Shown here: one piece after another, positions 35,293 to 46,051 of the stretch
Position numbering within the stretch: position 1 is the first letter of the stretch
Layout of the letters: every line of letters begins with the position of its first letter
NCBI GenBank assembly: GCA_000091205.1
Contig: AP006488.2
Origin: Cyanidioschyzon merolae
Taxonomy: Eukaryota
Direction: 5' to 3' (one strand)
Length of the DNA: 64,000 bases
The notes under the pieces: model-generated
What the model saw: only the letters and a program-made list of their open reading frames with translations
Databases searched by the model: none
What the model was told of the DNA's origin: nothing
Position numbers and translations under genes: made by a program

Positions 35293-38200
35293 GGCAGCCT
35301 CTTGTGACTCGACGCACGACTGAGGCACAGGAATCTGCAGGGCAAGCTGCGAAAAGCGTCGACGCGATGCAGTAGGTGCCAATAAGCGTTACACCGTCGC
35401 GGTCGAGATGGCGTGCGCGGTTTCGCCCGGTCGGCTAGCGCGCGCTCCGGAACACCTACCAGGCTCGATACTGCTGCAGCCGGTGCTGTTGTCCTCTACA
35501 GAACGTATCGCCGGTCACAGTCCCGGAGTTCCTGGAGCCTTCTGCGCGGTCCAGCGCTCACCGTGCGGGTTACCAGCACCGGGGCACCGCCACAGCCCCA
35601 GGGCGTGTCAGGTTTCGTCGGCGTTGCCAAGGCGCCGCCGCACAGCCGCATCCGCGGCACGGGGCGCAGTGCGTCGACCATTCTGTGGAGAGTTCAGCGC
35701 ACTGCATGCTGTAGTACCGGGAAAAAGACGCATTTTTGTTTCCGAGTGTTCTTCTAACAGGCATTGGATTGAAGGAATTTATTTGTTAAAAAGGAGTTTG
35801 GTGGGCGAATAGGGTGTATGTTCTCGCATCTGAATGAGGAAGGAGCGGAAATGGACGTACAACTTCGTCATACTACAGTCACCAGGTGGATGCGCCATGC
35901 TTCTCGAAGCCCATACTCAGAGCGTCGTGCACCCGACATGGAACGTTCCGAAAGCTATATACACGCTTATCTTTACGAAATCTATTCCAGTCCAAATGCT
36001 CGCACCGTAATGCCACCAAAGATGCAATTCCATGTAAACTTTCGGTAACGTTTCCTCGAGCGGAGATGAAGAGACGCGGATGGATCAAGAAACAGGCACG
36101 CCTCAACAGGAGACCGCACCATTTCGAACAATACACAACAGATTCTGTATAGAAATGCGAATACTTTTCGTGGAAGCGACGGGCGTTCATCTCGCATGAT
36201 GACAAATTCATCGATGACCAATGCGAGACTTGTATAGACGTTGCCGTAGAGGGGCAAGCCGCTGTTTGTGAAGAAGAGTCAAGCGAGCATTCCGACAACG
36301 TCAGTTCTCGCGACGATTCAATACTGTATTCGCCCATGAATCGCAACACAGAGAGCAGCGCTCAGCACCTGATCCTCCGATGAAACACGCCTCGAGTTCC
36401 ATCTTTTCGTGTCCTTCTCCTGGGCAATATCTCTCAGTCCATCACTGATGTAGGTCGGGGGGCGGGGGCGCGGTTTGTAGCTGCTCTTCGTGCTAGCACA
36501 CGCTCGCGGGTTCCATCCGCTTAAAGACGTCGTATAGGATTTCAAACGCCATTTTGATCTACCGGAAGAACAGACGAGTCGTACGTAACCGTGTTACAGA
36601 AGTTCTTCGACAAATCACTCTTTGTGTTCACCAGAACCGAATCCATGCATTGATTCTCCGCTCATTGGCAGCTGAGAAGGGAAAGGTGCGCTCCGGTCTG
36701 GGAGCGGGCATGCGATGGCTAAGGCGACGAAAAAGCACTTGAGAAACAGTGCGTACATTCAAAGAGAAGACGAGTTTCAGGCACGTCGAGCGATCAGTGC
36801 GTCTGAGTGCCAAGAAAGAAAACGTATACAGCGTATCATGAAAAAATCCATGCTACCTAGCCGAGTAAGCGAAAAGGCAAAGATGTCGAAGCCGAAAGAG
36901 ATGCAACCACACGTCAAAGCAGAGAAATAGCTTCCCTAAAAGATGACGAGTTCCGACGGGAACGGAGCACCTTCCGATCGGAAAGATCATTGTTGGACCG
37001 CTGTCAACGCCTCACCAATAAATCATATCCATTGGGAGAATCCTTGAAGGCGTCAGGCACACGACGCCATTAGAGATCGCGTAGCTTCTTACGCGCACAA
37101 GTCTGGCCTATTTCGTCTTGTCTTGGTGCACCGCGCCACGCGACGCTTCGGTGGAGTTCCAGACACGGGCGGCAAGCTCTCGGCATTTCTCTGGATTTTT
37201 TTCGGATCAGACCTTCGTGCGAGAACACAACTTATGCTCCGGATAGAAGGCGCAACACGGCCTGTTCATAGGATTCCGGATGTACTCGCACGCTTCCCAG
37301 AATACCTTGACACATTACCGCGCCACCTCGGCGATCTGAGGATCGACAACGCAGATGCCAGAAAGTACGGAACTACATTCAACATACCAAATTAGGTTCA
37401 GTGTCGAGCGCTTCACGAAACACCTCCCATGCGCATTGTATCCTCACGTCACATACGCGATAAAATACGGATGGATGGACGGGATGCTTAGCGGGTCGAT
37501 GGAGGAAAATGACGAGCGATTGGCGGCAAGAGATCGAGGTGGCAGCGAGTTCGGAACTGATGTGCCAGCGATAGGGAGTATCGCTTCAGGTAATCCAAGC
37601 TCGTCGTGTTGCCGTCAGCCTCGGGTCGGCGGATTTCGTACCGAAAAGGATCGTTGAGACGCAACGCCTACCTTGCTTGCATCTACGGTTCCATGTTTCG
37701 CTGAGCAGATCTTCCCAGAGCAGACCAGAGCAGATTCCATCAGACCGTCGCCTCGAATCCAAGCGCCGTAGCCTCCGAAATCGCCAAGTGGATGTGCTCC
37801 CAGCACCTCAGATGGAAGCCCAGTCGATCACCCGAGACGCTTCTGCTCTGTACTGTATCGCATCTTCAGTGAGCTACAGCTGGTCTGTCTGCGCGCAGCT
37901 ATTCCGCATTCCACTTTAGAGGCTAGGAGCATTGCAGAGCTCGTTCAAGGCTCCTCGTGTACGGAGAAGGAATGGAACGAATTCTACAGTGCCGATGAAG
38001 CTCGCTGGAATACAAATCCGCATGTACTTGTGAGATCGAGGCCCAAGTCAAGCGATGCGACTCGGTCTCAGCCAAAGAAGACATATCAAGAGAGAAACAT
38101 CATGGTGGGCCCGGATCCCCAGGTCTGAGAATATCATGACGGTTGTCGTACCTCTGAATCGAGAGAACGTATCGAGGGATATGCAGGGAATGCAAATGAA

Positions 38201-39993
38201 GCTACTCAGCTTTTCCCGGGCTCGATTTCACCCAGGAATGGGCATGATGAATGCGAGAAGGCACACGAAAACTGGAAAGACGGCGTCAGGGACCAGACCC
38301 CGGTGCTCTGAGCACACTGTCCTGCGGACGAGGATGCTTTGTGTGCTGCATTCAGAGAGAACACGAGCGTCCAAATGGCGTATGTCGACGATCTCTGGCA
38401 GAAATACCTGCGGACGCACGGGAATGGCCAACGATTTTCGGCGTACAGGGGCAAGACGCGAGTATTCAGCGACTTGTTTCATGAACAGGAAAAGAAATAC
38501 GACGGATCGTTCGTCTCGTTGGGTGACGGTACCCTATGGCGCAAGACGTGCTGTGGCGCTCGTGGGCTGCACGCCTGCTCCTCTGACGAGAACGTAGAAC
38601 GAGTGCAGGAAACGATTCTGTACGACGCCTGTCGATGAGTTACGGCCAAAAGAGAAACGTCACGAGCACGAGTGCCCGTTGAAACAGCCAGAAACGAAGC
38701 GCTTGAAACAGAGCACAATGGGCGAGATGGGGTACGGCAGGCTGCCCGAAGTTCGAATGGCAAGGCAATGGAAGGTCAGCGGCCTGCGTTCATGTGCGCA
38801 TACTGGCAACCATGCGAGCCAGCTCCTTCTGCAACGAGACTTCGCCTCGATCAACATCTGGATATGTCTGGTGCCTCGTGCAAGTTCAGTAGCTTTACGT
38901 CGAGCAAAGTTTCCTGGTACTCGTTTCGTACTCGGTGCGTGCATTACGCTGAAACGCAGAAGAATTCCGATGACGTAGAAATACGCAGTCAAAAGGGAGG
39001 GAATCTTATTGCAGCTCGGAGCAACGCACTGGTATACTGCGGTTCAGCAATTCAGCGCCGCTGCACTGTGTATCGATACCCGGAAAACCATTCGCATTGC
39101 CATTAGGTAGGCGGTACTGGATTCCCGTGATTCTCGATTCGTAAGTATAATCAATGTTATTTGACCGAGTTGTTCTGGGAAACGAGCGACAACAGCTGCG
39201 ATCATTGCACAGCAGCTGGCAACCTGGTGTCTGTCTCACACACGGTCCGAACGTTGAACGCCTGGACACGTGCCGGTGCGTCACGCTTGCATTTCAACAA
39301 GTTCGTGGCGAATAGGCGTTTCCATTTCAACATTGTGGCAGCGACGCTGACCCCTGAACCAGAGGACAACGATAAAATCAGGGCATTGCAAAAAGAAGCG
39401 CACGCGGAAACCTGTAGCCACCTCCATAGCAATCCCTGTCGTTCAACGATACGAACGCTGTGTCGAGGACTGCTGGGGGCGCTGCCAAACCACTGGATCT
39501 TCTATTGCGAAGTTCGCACACTCTTGACAAAGATAAACCTCACGGAGCCGTCTGCCGCGCACAGACGACATTTGGCGGAGCGAAAACGCGTCTACTGTGG
39601 GAGGCTCATCAGTGGCTTTGCGAAAGCAACTAGCTTCGCTTCCCTGCGATACGATGCTGGCACTGTGAAGAGGCAAACCGCTTGAAACGGTAGCACCCGG
39701 ACACACAGATCGGGCTTGTAGCTGCGGAACAGCAGCGACTCGTTCGCTCTTCGATGCTTTTGATGGATGCGGAATCACAACATCTGAGGAGGTACCGAGT
39801 TCGTTGAAGAGATTGAGAGAAAGAGAGAAAACGTAGGAGAGCGCAAGGGAGCGGCGCAGTAGCTCGCGCGCTCTGATTGCCGACCTCGCCCTGGGCACGA
39901 TTTATGATTCTTGGATACGAAAGCCGCGGTTTCCGTTGCCTCCAAGGCAACAAACAGTTCCCTGTAATACTATAGACCCATGTAATTCAACTG

Positions 39994-42285
39994 ATGCAGC
40001 CTCTTCCTGTTTATTTAAGTATCGACGTGGGCACTGGGAGCGCACGAGCTGCGCTCTTCGACGAACTGGGACGCTGTCTAGCTAGGGCAGATGCGCCGTT
40101 TCCCACTCATAACCCTAAACCAGACTATTTTGAACAGTCGACTGTTCACATCCTTAAAGCGGTTGCCAGCTCCACACGCCAGGTACTGGAAACACTGAGT
40201 CAAAACGCAACGACGAGCGTCAGCACCGCTGGTACCGTACTGACACGCTCTCTGCAGACGCTGGGCGCGTCGGAGAGAGCAGAGCTAGGGCCTGCGGTAC
40301 CCCAGCCAACAGGCCATGGAAACGAGCAGCGACCTGCCTGGCAACTGTGTGGCGTTGGTGTCGACGCAACCTGCTCTTTGGCGCTTGTCAGTGCTGAGCA
40401 AGCAGCATTCTTCAGGAACTGCTATAGCGACGAATGCGCTTCACCGGAGGGTCTGTGGTCATGTGTACCTGGCGGCGTCGCGCTGGACGTGGAACACAAT
40501 GACGACGATGGCGGAACGTTGCCCCAAGCCGTCTGGGATATTATCGTATGGATGGACCATCGTGCCGAAGCAGAGGCGGCTGAAATGAACGCTGACACTG
40601 CCGAATGCACCCAGGATGTGCTTCGCTTCTACGGGGGATCCCTGTCTCCGGAGAGCGAGCCCCCGAAGCTGCTCTGGTTGCTGCGTCATCGACCGGAGCT
40701 GTTCCTGCGATGCACTGCCGTCATGGACCTCTCTGACTTTATTGTATTTGCGCTAACTGGGAACTTGGAGGCACGCGGACTCTGTCCCCTGGCTGCAAAG
40801 TGGGCATATCGCACCGATGAAATGCGGTGGGATACGAGCTTCTATCAACGATGGGGACTCGGGGACCTGTTTACGCGCGGATGCTTCGGTCGAGAGATTC
40901 GTTTACCGGGGCAGCGAGTCCACGGCATCGGGGATTCGGTTGGACTTTCAAAGATTGCAGCGTTTCTGTTGTTTGGCTCCCCGACATCGGACGTGACATC
41001 CCGAGCCTCCAACTGCACGTTAACCGCAAGAGGTGAGCCCGTCGATGGAGGTGCTGCAGCGCAGCTCGTCTGGGACTATCGCGAAGTTGTCGTTGCTGCC
41101 GGCATGGTCGATGCACATGCGGGTGCCGTGGGAGCCTACAGTATGCGTATTCCAGCAACAGGAGAACGATCTGACTGGTGGATCCAGCCGACTGGGATGA
41201 AGGAGGCACCATCGGGCCTCAGTGCGGGAACAAGGCCGATGTCCGCTGCCTGTACTCCAACGGGTCACGCCTGTACAACTGCAAACACGCAAGCGATGCA
41301 CGTTCTAGATGAGCACGGCCTCAACATTACCCAGTGCGCAACGGGATCCATTGTAGACGACCGCTCAAACATATCAAATGAAACCGCACCGAGCCTCATG
41401 ACTATCGATCTGACAGGGGCACGCGTTACTTCAGTGGGTACAGCTGCTGCTGCTGCTGCCGCTGCTGCCATGGTGCCTTTCGACTGGTGTCAACGCATTG
41501 CCTTGATTGCTGGCACGTCAACGTGTCACATGGTCTGCTCGCGGGAACCTGTTTTCGTTCGTGGTGTATGGGGTCCGCACCGCACCGCGGTGCTCCCAGA
41601 CCTGTGGCTCAACGAGGGAGGCCAGAGCGTCACCGGTCGATTACTCGATTATCTGGTCGAGAGTCATGCGCATGCTCTCGGCTTCGGAAACACACCGCTC
41701 GCCGTGGTCCACGCTCGACTCTGTCAACTTGGCAAGCACCAGATGAAAAGAGCAGCGGGCATCCATGTGTATCCGGATTTCCATGGGAATCGTTCCTTGC
41801 TCGCGGATCCACGCATGAGTGGAGCGATTGTCGGGCTACGTCTGGACACCTTCGCCAACGAGGAGGCTTTTGCTGCGCTTTACCTGGCCACCGTGCAATC
41901 CCTGGGCTACGGAACGCGTCAAATCATTGAGCGTCTTAACGAGGCAGGTCACGACATTCGCGTGATCCTGCTCTGTGGTGGCATGCTGAAGAACGAGCTG
42001 TTTGTGCAATCACTTGCAGACACGTGTCAGCTGCCGGTAGTATTCGCAGAGCGCCCTTTCGACGTCATGCTCCTGGGTGGCGCTATCTGCGCGCGCTGTG
42101 CGCACCTGGAAGGCGATCTTTTGCAGGTAATAGAAGCCATGAACGGCGGGCCTGATCAGCTTTTTTATCGACTGGATCCGGATCCGAAATGGCGGATGTA
42201 TCACGAAGCGAAATATCGAATTTTTCAGCGAATGCAACAAGAGCAGATAGCGTATCGAGCAGCGATGATGAATGTTTGGACATGA
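39994..42285 (+). CDS. FGGY: FGGY-family carbohydrate kinase (FGGY/D-ribulokinase-like) with low-complexity insertions
   Basis: N-terminal LSIDVGTGSARAALFDELG; C-terminal domain LIAGTSTCHMVCSREPVFVRGVWGPHRTAVLPDLWLNEGGQSVTGRLLDYL, VYPDFHGNRSLLADPRMSGAIVGLRLD and ILLCGGMLKNELFVQSLADTCQLPV. It is colinear with metazoan FGGY and includes an Ala9 run (GCT)n at ~41440-41470. Confidence 0.85.
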   Translation: MQPLPVYLSIDVGTGSARAALFDELGRCLARADAPFPTHNPKPDYFEQSTVHILKAVASSTRQVLETLSQNATTSVSTAGTVLTRSLQTLGASERAELGPAVPQPTGHGNEQRPAWQLCGVGVDATCSLALVSAEQAAFFRNCYSDECASPEGLWSCVPGGVALDVEHNDDDGGTLPQAVWDIIVWMDHRAEAEAAEMNADTAECTQDVLRFYGGSLSPESEPPKLLWLLRHRPELFLRCTAVMDLSDFIVFALTGNLEARGLCPLAAKWAYRTDEMRWDTSFYQRWGLGDLFTRGCFGREIRLPGQRVHGIGDSVGLSKIAAFLLFGSPTSDVTSRASNCTLTARGEPVDGGAAAQLVWDYREVVVAAGMVDAHAGAVGAYSMRIPATGERSDWWIQPTGMKEAPSGLSAGTRPMSAACTPTGHACTTANTQAMHVLDEHGLNITQCATGSIVDDRSNISNETAPSLMTIDLTGARVTSVGTAAAAAAAAAMVPFDWCQRIALIAGTSTCHMVCSREPVFVRGVWGPHRTAVLPDLWLNEGGQSVTGRLLDYLVESHAHALGFGNTPLAVVHARLCQLGKHQMKRAAGIHVYPDFHGNRSLLADPRMSGAIVGLRLDTFANEEAFAALYLATVQSLGYGTRQIIERLNEAGHDIRVILLCGGMLKNELFVQSLADTCQLPVVFAERPFDVMLLGGAICARCAHLEGDLLQVIEAMNGGPDQLFYRLDPDPKWRMYHEAKYRIFQRMQQEQIAYRAAMMNVWT

Positions 42286-44576
42286 AACGAATGCTGGATG
42301 CGGTGCTAGATCTGGAAGCCGCAGTGTGCGTTGCGGTCGCGAAGCGCCCCATGGAGTGCTTCAAACCGCTGTGAACACCGAAATCAATCTGAAGAGCGAA
42401 GTAGATACCCGGGAGGGTCGAGTTCTGGAGACGTTGGGCTGGGCTGGGCTGGGCTGGGCCTTGTCCGACCAGGGAACCGGCACACGAATCTTCGGGGTGC
42501 CCGTTTGAGCTGGGCAAAGACAAAGCACGGGGGTTTGCTGGAAACAGCTGCAGTGTGCCCCGATAATGAGACCATCAAACCTCCTATATACACCGATGTC
42601 AGATTGGTACGGAACAGGTCCAACGACGTGACTCGGGCGTAAACGCGAATATTTGGATCGCTTCCCACGATGATCAAAACTAGCCTTTGCGGTGTTTTTT
42701 TGGTGACTGTTGTCCTTTGAACCCTGATCTCGGACTTTAAATATGCTGGTCTGTCCTGGTCCTGCAGCTCCATTGTCCGCAGTCGGAGGATGGCGGTTGC
42801 TGTCAGCAGGTCCCTGTGTCGCAGCTCGGGCTGTTGTTGACGCACTGCATGCAATCCAGGAAGTTGTGCTCTACGCCTCGCTTGCCACTTTCATTTTTGT
42901 TTTCCATAGAGCGTCTGTGCGACCTTCGCAGCGGCGACGCTGGATTGCTGTCAGGGTTCGCCATAGATCGACCATACCTTCTTCTCCGAAACGTATCCTG
43001 TGGCGCGTAAAGGCTTGCTTCATCGATCAGTACATAGCCGTGACTGGTGCGGAATGCTCCGGTGGATTATAACTTTTGTTTCCGCGCTCGATGCCGTCCC
43101 GTACGACCACGGGCTTCCTCAGGGTAACACGCTCGGAGACGCCTTTGAATAAAGCACACACACGAGGACGCTGCTCCATTGGATAAAGCGTTTATGGTAT
43201 GCGATATGGTCGACGATCAAACAATACGGAAAGGACACACGAGCCTCGAGATCAAGTCGACGAATACCGATTTGTCGACGCTTCATTCGTGCTAAAGCGT
43301 GATGCATTCTGCAATGAAAGCGACCGCTGCAATGATTCAAATCCGAATACAAGACCCCCTTTCTATTCAATGAGAAACGTCGGGAGACATTTCGGTAGCG
43401 TATACCATGATATGCTCGCTGATGCTGTGGAACCTCGATCGTCGAAGTGCCACGAATAGAGGATGATTTGTCTTCTGGACGGTATCCATTACGATCCATT
43501 GGTCTCAAAAGTTCGGTGAAGTCTCGGCACGAGCTTGTGGGCAAGTCGCCCTGGGACGAAGTCGAGACGATCCCTTCGTCAGCTCAGCGACGCGAATCGC
43601 TGTGCATACGAGCTGCCTCGAAATAGTTAGATCTAGATCTTGAAGATTGCATAACCTGAGCATGCTGAACCCATGGACAGGAGAAGCGTGGAGGCTCGCG
43701 CTCCAGCATCGCATGAGGCTATCGGTTATTTTACGAAGCGGTGCTCGAGGTCGTCGCGTATGATCTTGATGCAGGCGACGCCACATATTCCAGCGGCAAG
43801 GCGCCGAAGAAACCGCTCCGATCAGATTGCAGAGCATCCTCCAGCAACTCATGAATTAGTAAGCGTTTTTTTACTGCACTTTGCATTTTGAGGCTGTGTA
43901 ACTGAAATAAAACTTCGAAATAATCGCAAAACAAGTGCAAGACGAGCAATGCAGGGCTCTGCTTGCATCTGAGTTGGGTCCAGCGCTGCATGCTCGGACA
44001 CGAGGCTTGCGCTGGGTACGCATCGGTAGACGGCGTCGCCTTTATTTGTGACCCAGGCAACACAGAGCTGCTGGGTCGCCATCAAGGGAACGCGAGATCG
44101 CCCTATGCGTAACATTGCTTCGGTTCTCTTGAAGTCTGCGGTGTCTCGAGTGGATGACTCTGGGTTTGAGCAGATGCGGCAGCGGCGCCTGCTGGCCGCC
44201 TCGATCCGTACCAGACGGATTCGTGGTAACCAGTGCGTCTCAGTGTACCTGGACCATTCGAATGACTTTTACGTGGTCGATACAGAATCATTAAATCTAT
44301 CCTTAGATAAAGGCACTTTATACGAACTGGATCGAGCACAACATCGCAGACTACAGCCAGTGCAAACGTCACGTTTGGTGCTGCGGCAACTCCCGGGAGC
44401 GAGCCCGTCAATGCGCATAGCTTCGGGGTCCTGAAGCTATTGGCGCATCACCCGCAAACCTTGTGCAACGATTTCCCGACTTGTCATCGAACAGAGGGAT
44501 TCACGATCGATCGGTGTCTCGGGATGTGTTCGCGCTCGCTGCATGCCCTCGCGTCCGTCGAGCGCACACCTAGGCG

Positions 44577-45131
44577 CTAGTGATGCTCGGATGCCACATG
44601 CTCCTCATACGCCTTCGCATCCATCAAATCCTGAAGCTCATCGGCATTGCTCACCCGTACTTTGATCATCCAGCCAGCATCATGCGGGTCTTTGTTCACC
44701 TGGGCGGGGTCCTCACTCAGCACCGCGTTGACTTCAACCACCTCGCCGCTCACAGGGGAATACACGTCGCTCGCAGCCTTGACAGACTCCACGGCCCCGA
44801 ACGTCGCTCCTTTCTCAAGCTGCGAGCCGATTGCTGGAAGATCCACGAAAACGATATCACCGAGCTGGCTTGCAGCGTGACTCGTGATGCCAACCGTCCC
44901 GGTGCCGTTCTCAACCTTGACCCATTCGTGGGACTTCATGTACTTCCGATCCGCTGGAAACGTCCCAGCTGCACTCGCCAACAATCGCCTACCTCGATCG
45001 TGTGCCGCCTGTGGAGCCATTTGCACGAGCTCTCCAGCGGGCCCCGCGACCCGACGGAACAGACTCGGCGTCCGTTGCCGCAATGCACTGGGCCAGCTCG
45101 CGGTCATACAACGCACAAGTACTCGGTTCAT
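44577..45131 (-). CDS. GCSH: glycine cleavage system H protein (lipoyl carrier), with mitochondrial-presequence-like N-terminus
   Basis: KYMKSHEWVKVENGTGTVGITSHAASQLGDIVFVDLPAIGSQLEKGATFGAVESVKAASDVYSPVSGEVVEVN...DAGWMIKV contains the lipoyl-lysine motif ESVKA. The N-terminus MNRVLVRCMTASWPSALRQRTPSLFRRVAG is basic and amphipathic. Confidence 0.85.
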   Translation of the reverse strand: MNRVLVRCMTASWPSALRQRTPSLFRRVAGPAGELVQMAPQAAHDRGRRLLASAAGTFPADRKYMKSHEWVKVENGTGTVGITSHAASQLGDIVFVDLPAIGSQLEKGATFGAVESVKAASDVYSPVSGEVVEVNAVLSEDPAQVNKDPHDAGWMIKVRVSNADELQDLMDAKAYEEHVASEHH

Positions 45132-45753
45132 GATTTGAATTCAAGGACGCCTACAATAGGAAACCAATAGAAAACGAAGCAGACACACAACAGACTCTTG
45201 GTCAAGTAAGTATGCAGCACCGTTGTACACGCTGCGGACCAGGTGCTTCAAAAGTTTGTCGCCTAAGCTGTCAGCTGCTCCCCGCGAGGCACGCAAGGTG
45301 TAGAGCGCACAGGCGGCGTGCTCGCGCATCGATCCGAAGCGGCGGCGGGTATCGGGCCAGTACGCCGCCAGCGCAACCGCCGGATCGCCAGCGCTGGCGA
45401 TCCGGCGACGCGTTCCAGGCGCGTCCGCTGCAGCAAATGGCGCCTCATCAAACGCTCGGTCTGATACGAGGGTGGTGTCGGTAGCTGGTCGACCACACCT
45501 ACGATACGATCCGAAGACAGGGGCGTTTATGGAGTGCTCGCTTGATCGAACGCTGGTGCTTTGAATGCGAGGCGCACGTGCTCCATGGAGCAACAGGATT
45601 CGTGGCAAGCGCAGGCATCGCCCGCAACGACCAGGTAAAAACTGCAATAGAGATGGAAGCAGCGGTTGCGGGCACGCGTACGCCGGACACGCACATAAAC
45701 GTATGATGAGGCATGCATGGAGGCTACAATGCGCGATCCACGCCAGCAACGGG

Positions 45754-45872
45754 GGCATCAGATCGCGATCCGGTGATGCGTGCACTGCACGGCCCCGGAC
45801 GGCATGCACATGCACGACCATTCGACACATGACGACAACCGGCATCAGATCGCGATCCGGTGATGCGTGCAC
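45754..45872. repeat. exact 32-bp direct repeat (ggcatcagatcgcgatccggtgatgcgtgcac) x2, 87 bp apart
   Basis: Identical 32-mers at 45754-45785 and 45841-45872. They lie inside a low-complexity minus-strand ORF (45141..45923) that I consider spurious. Confidence 0.8.
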
Positions 45873-46051
45873 AGCATCATTGCACTGTGCGCCTTGCGAC
45901 GATTTACGTCGTAACAGCGGCAACGTCCGGCACGATCCATCGCATCGTGCACGGCAAGCGATGACGTCTTGCGAAACAAATCAACACCCAACGTTGTCGG
46001 TATCGCTCGGTACTGCCGAAACATGCTCGGTTGTCAGATCCTCAATCGCGT

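Noticed and set aside
45141-45923. 260-aa minus-strand ORF rich in H/A/R/P with an internal duplicated HASPDRDLMP
   Set aside because: Low complexity, with the duplication caused by an exact 32-bp DNA repeat and no family resemblance. It is probably non-coding GC-rich sequence upstream of GcvH.
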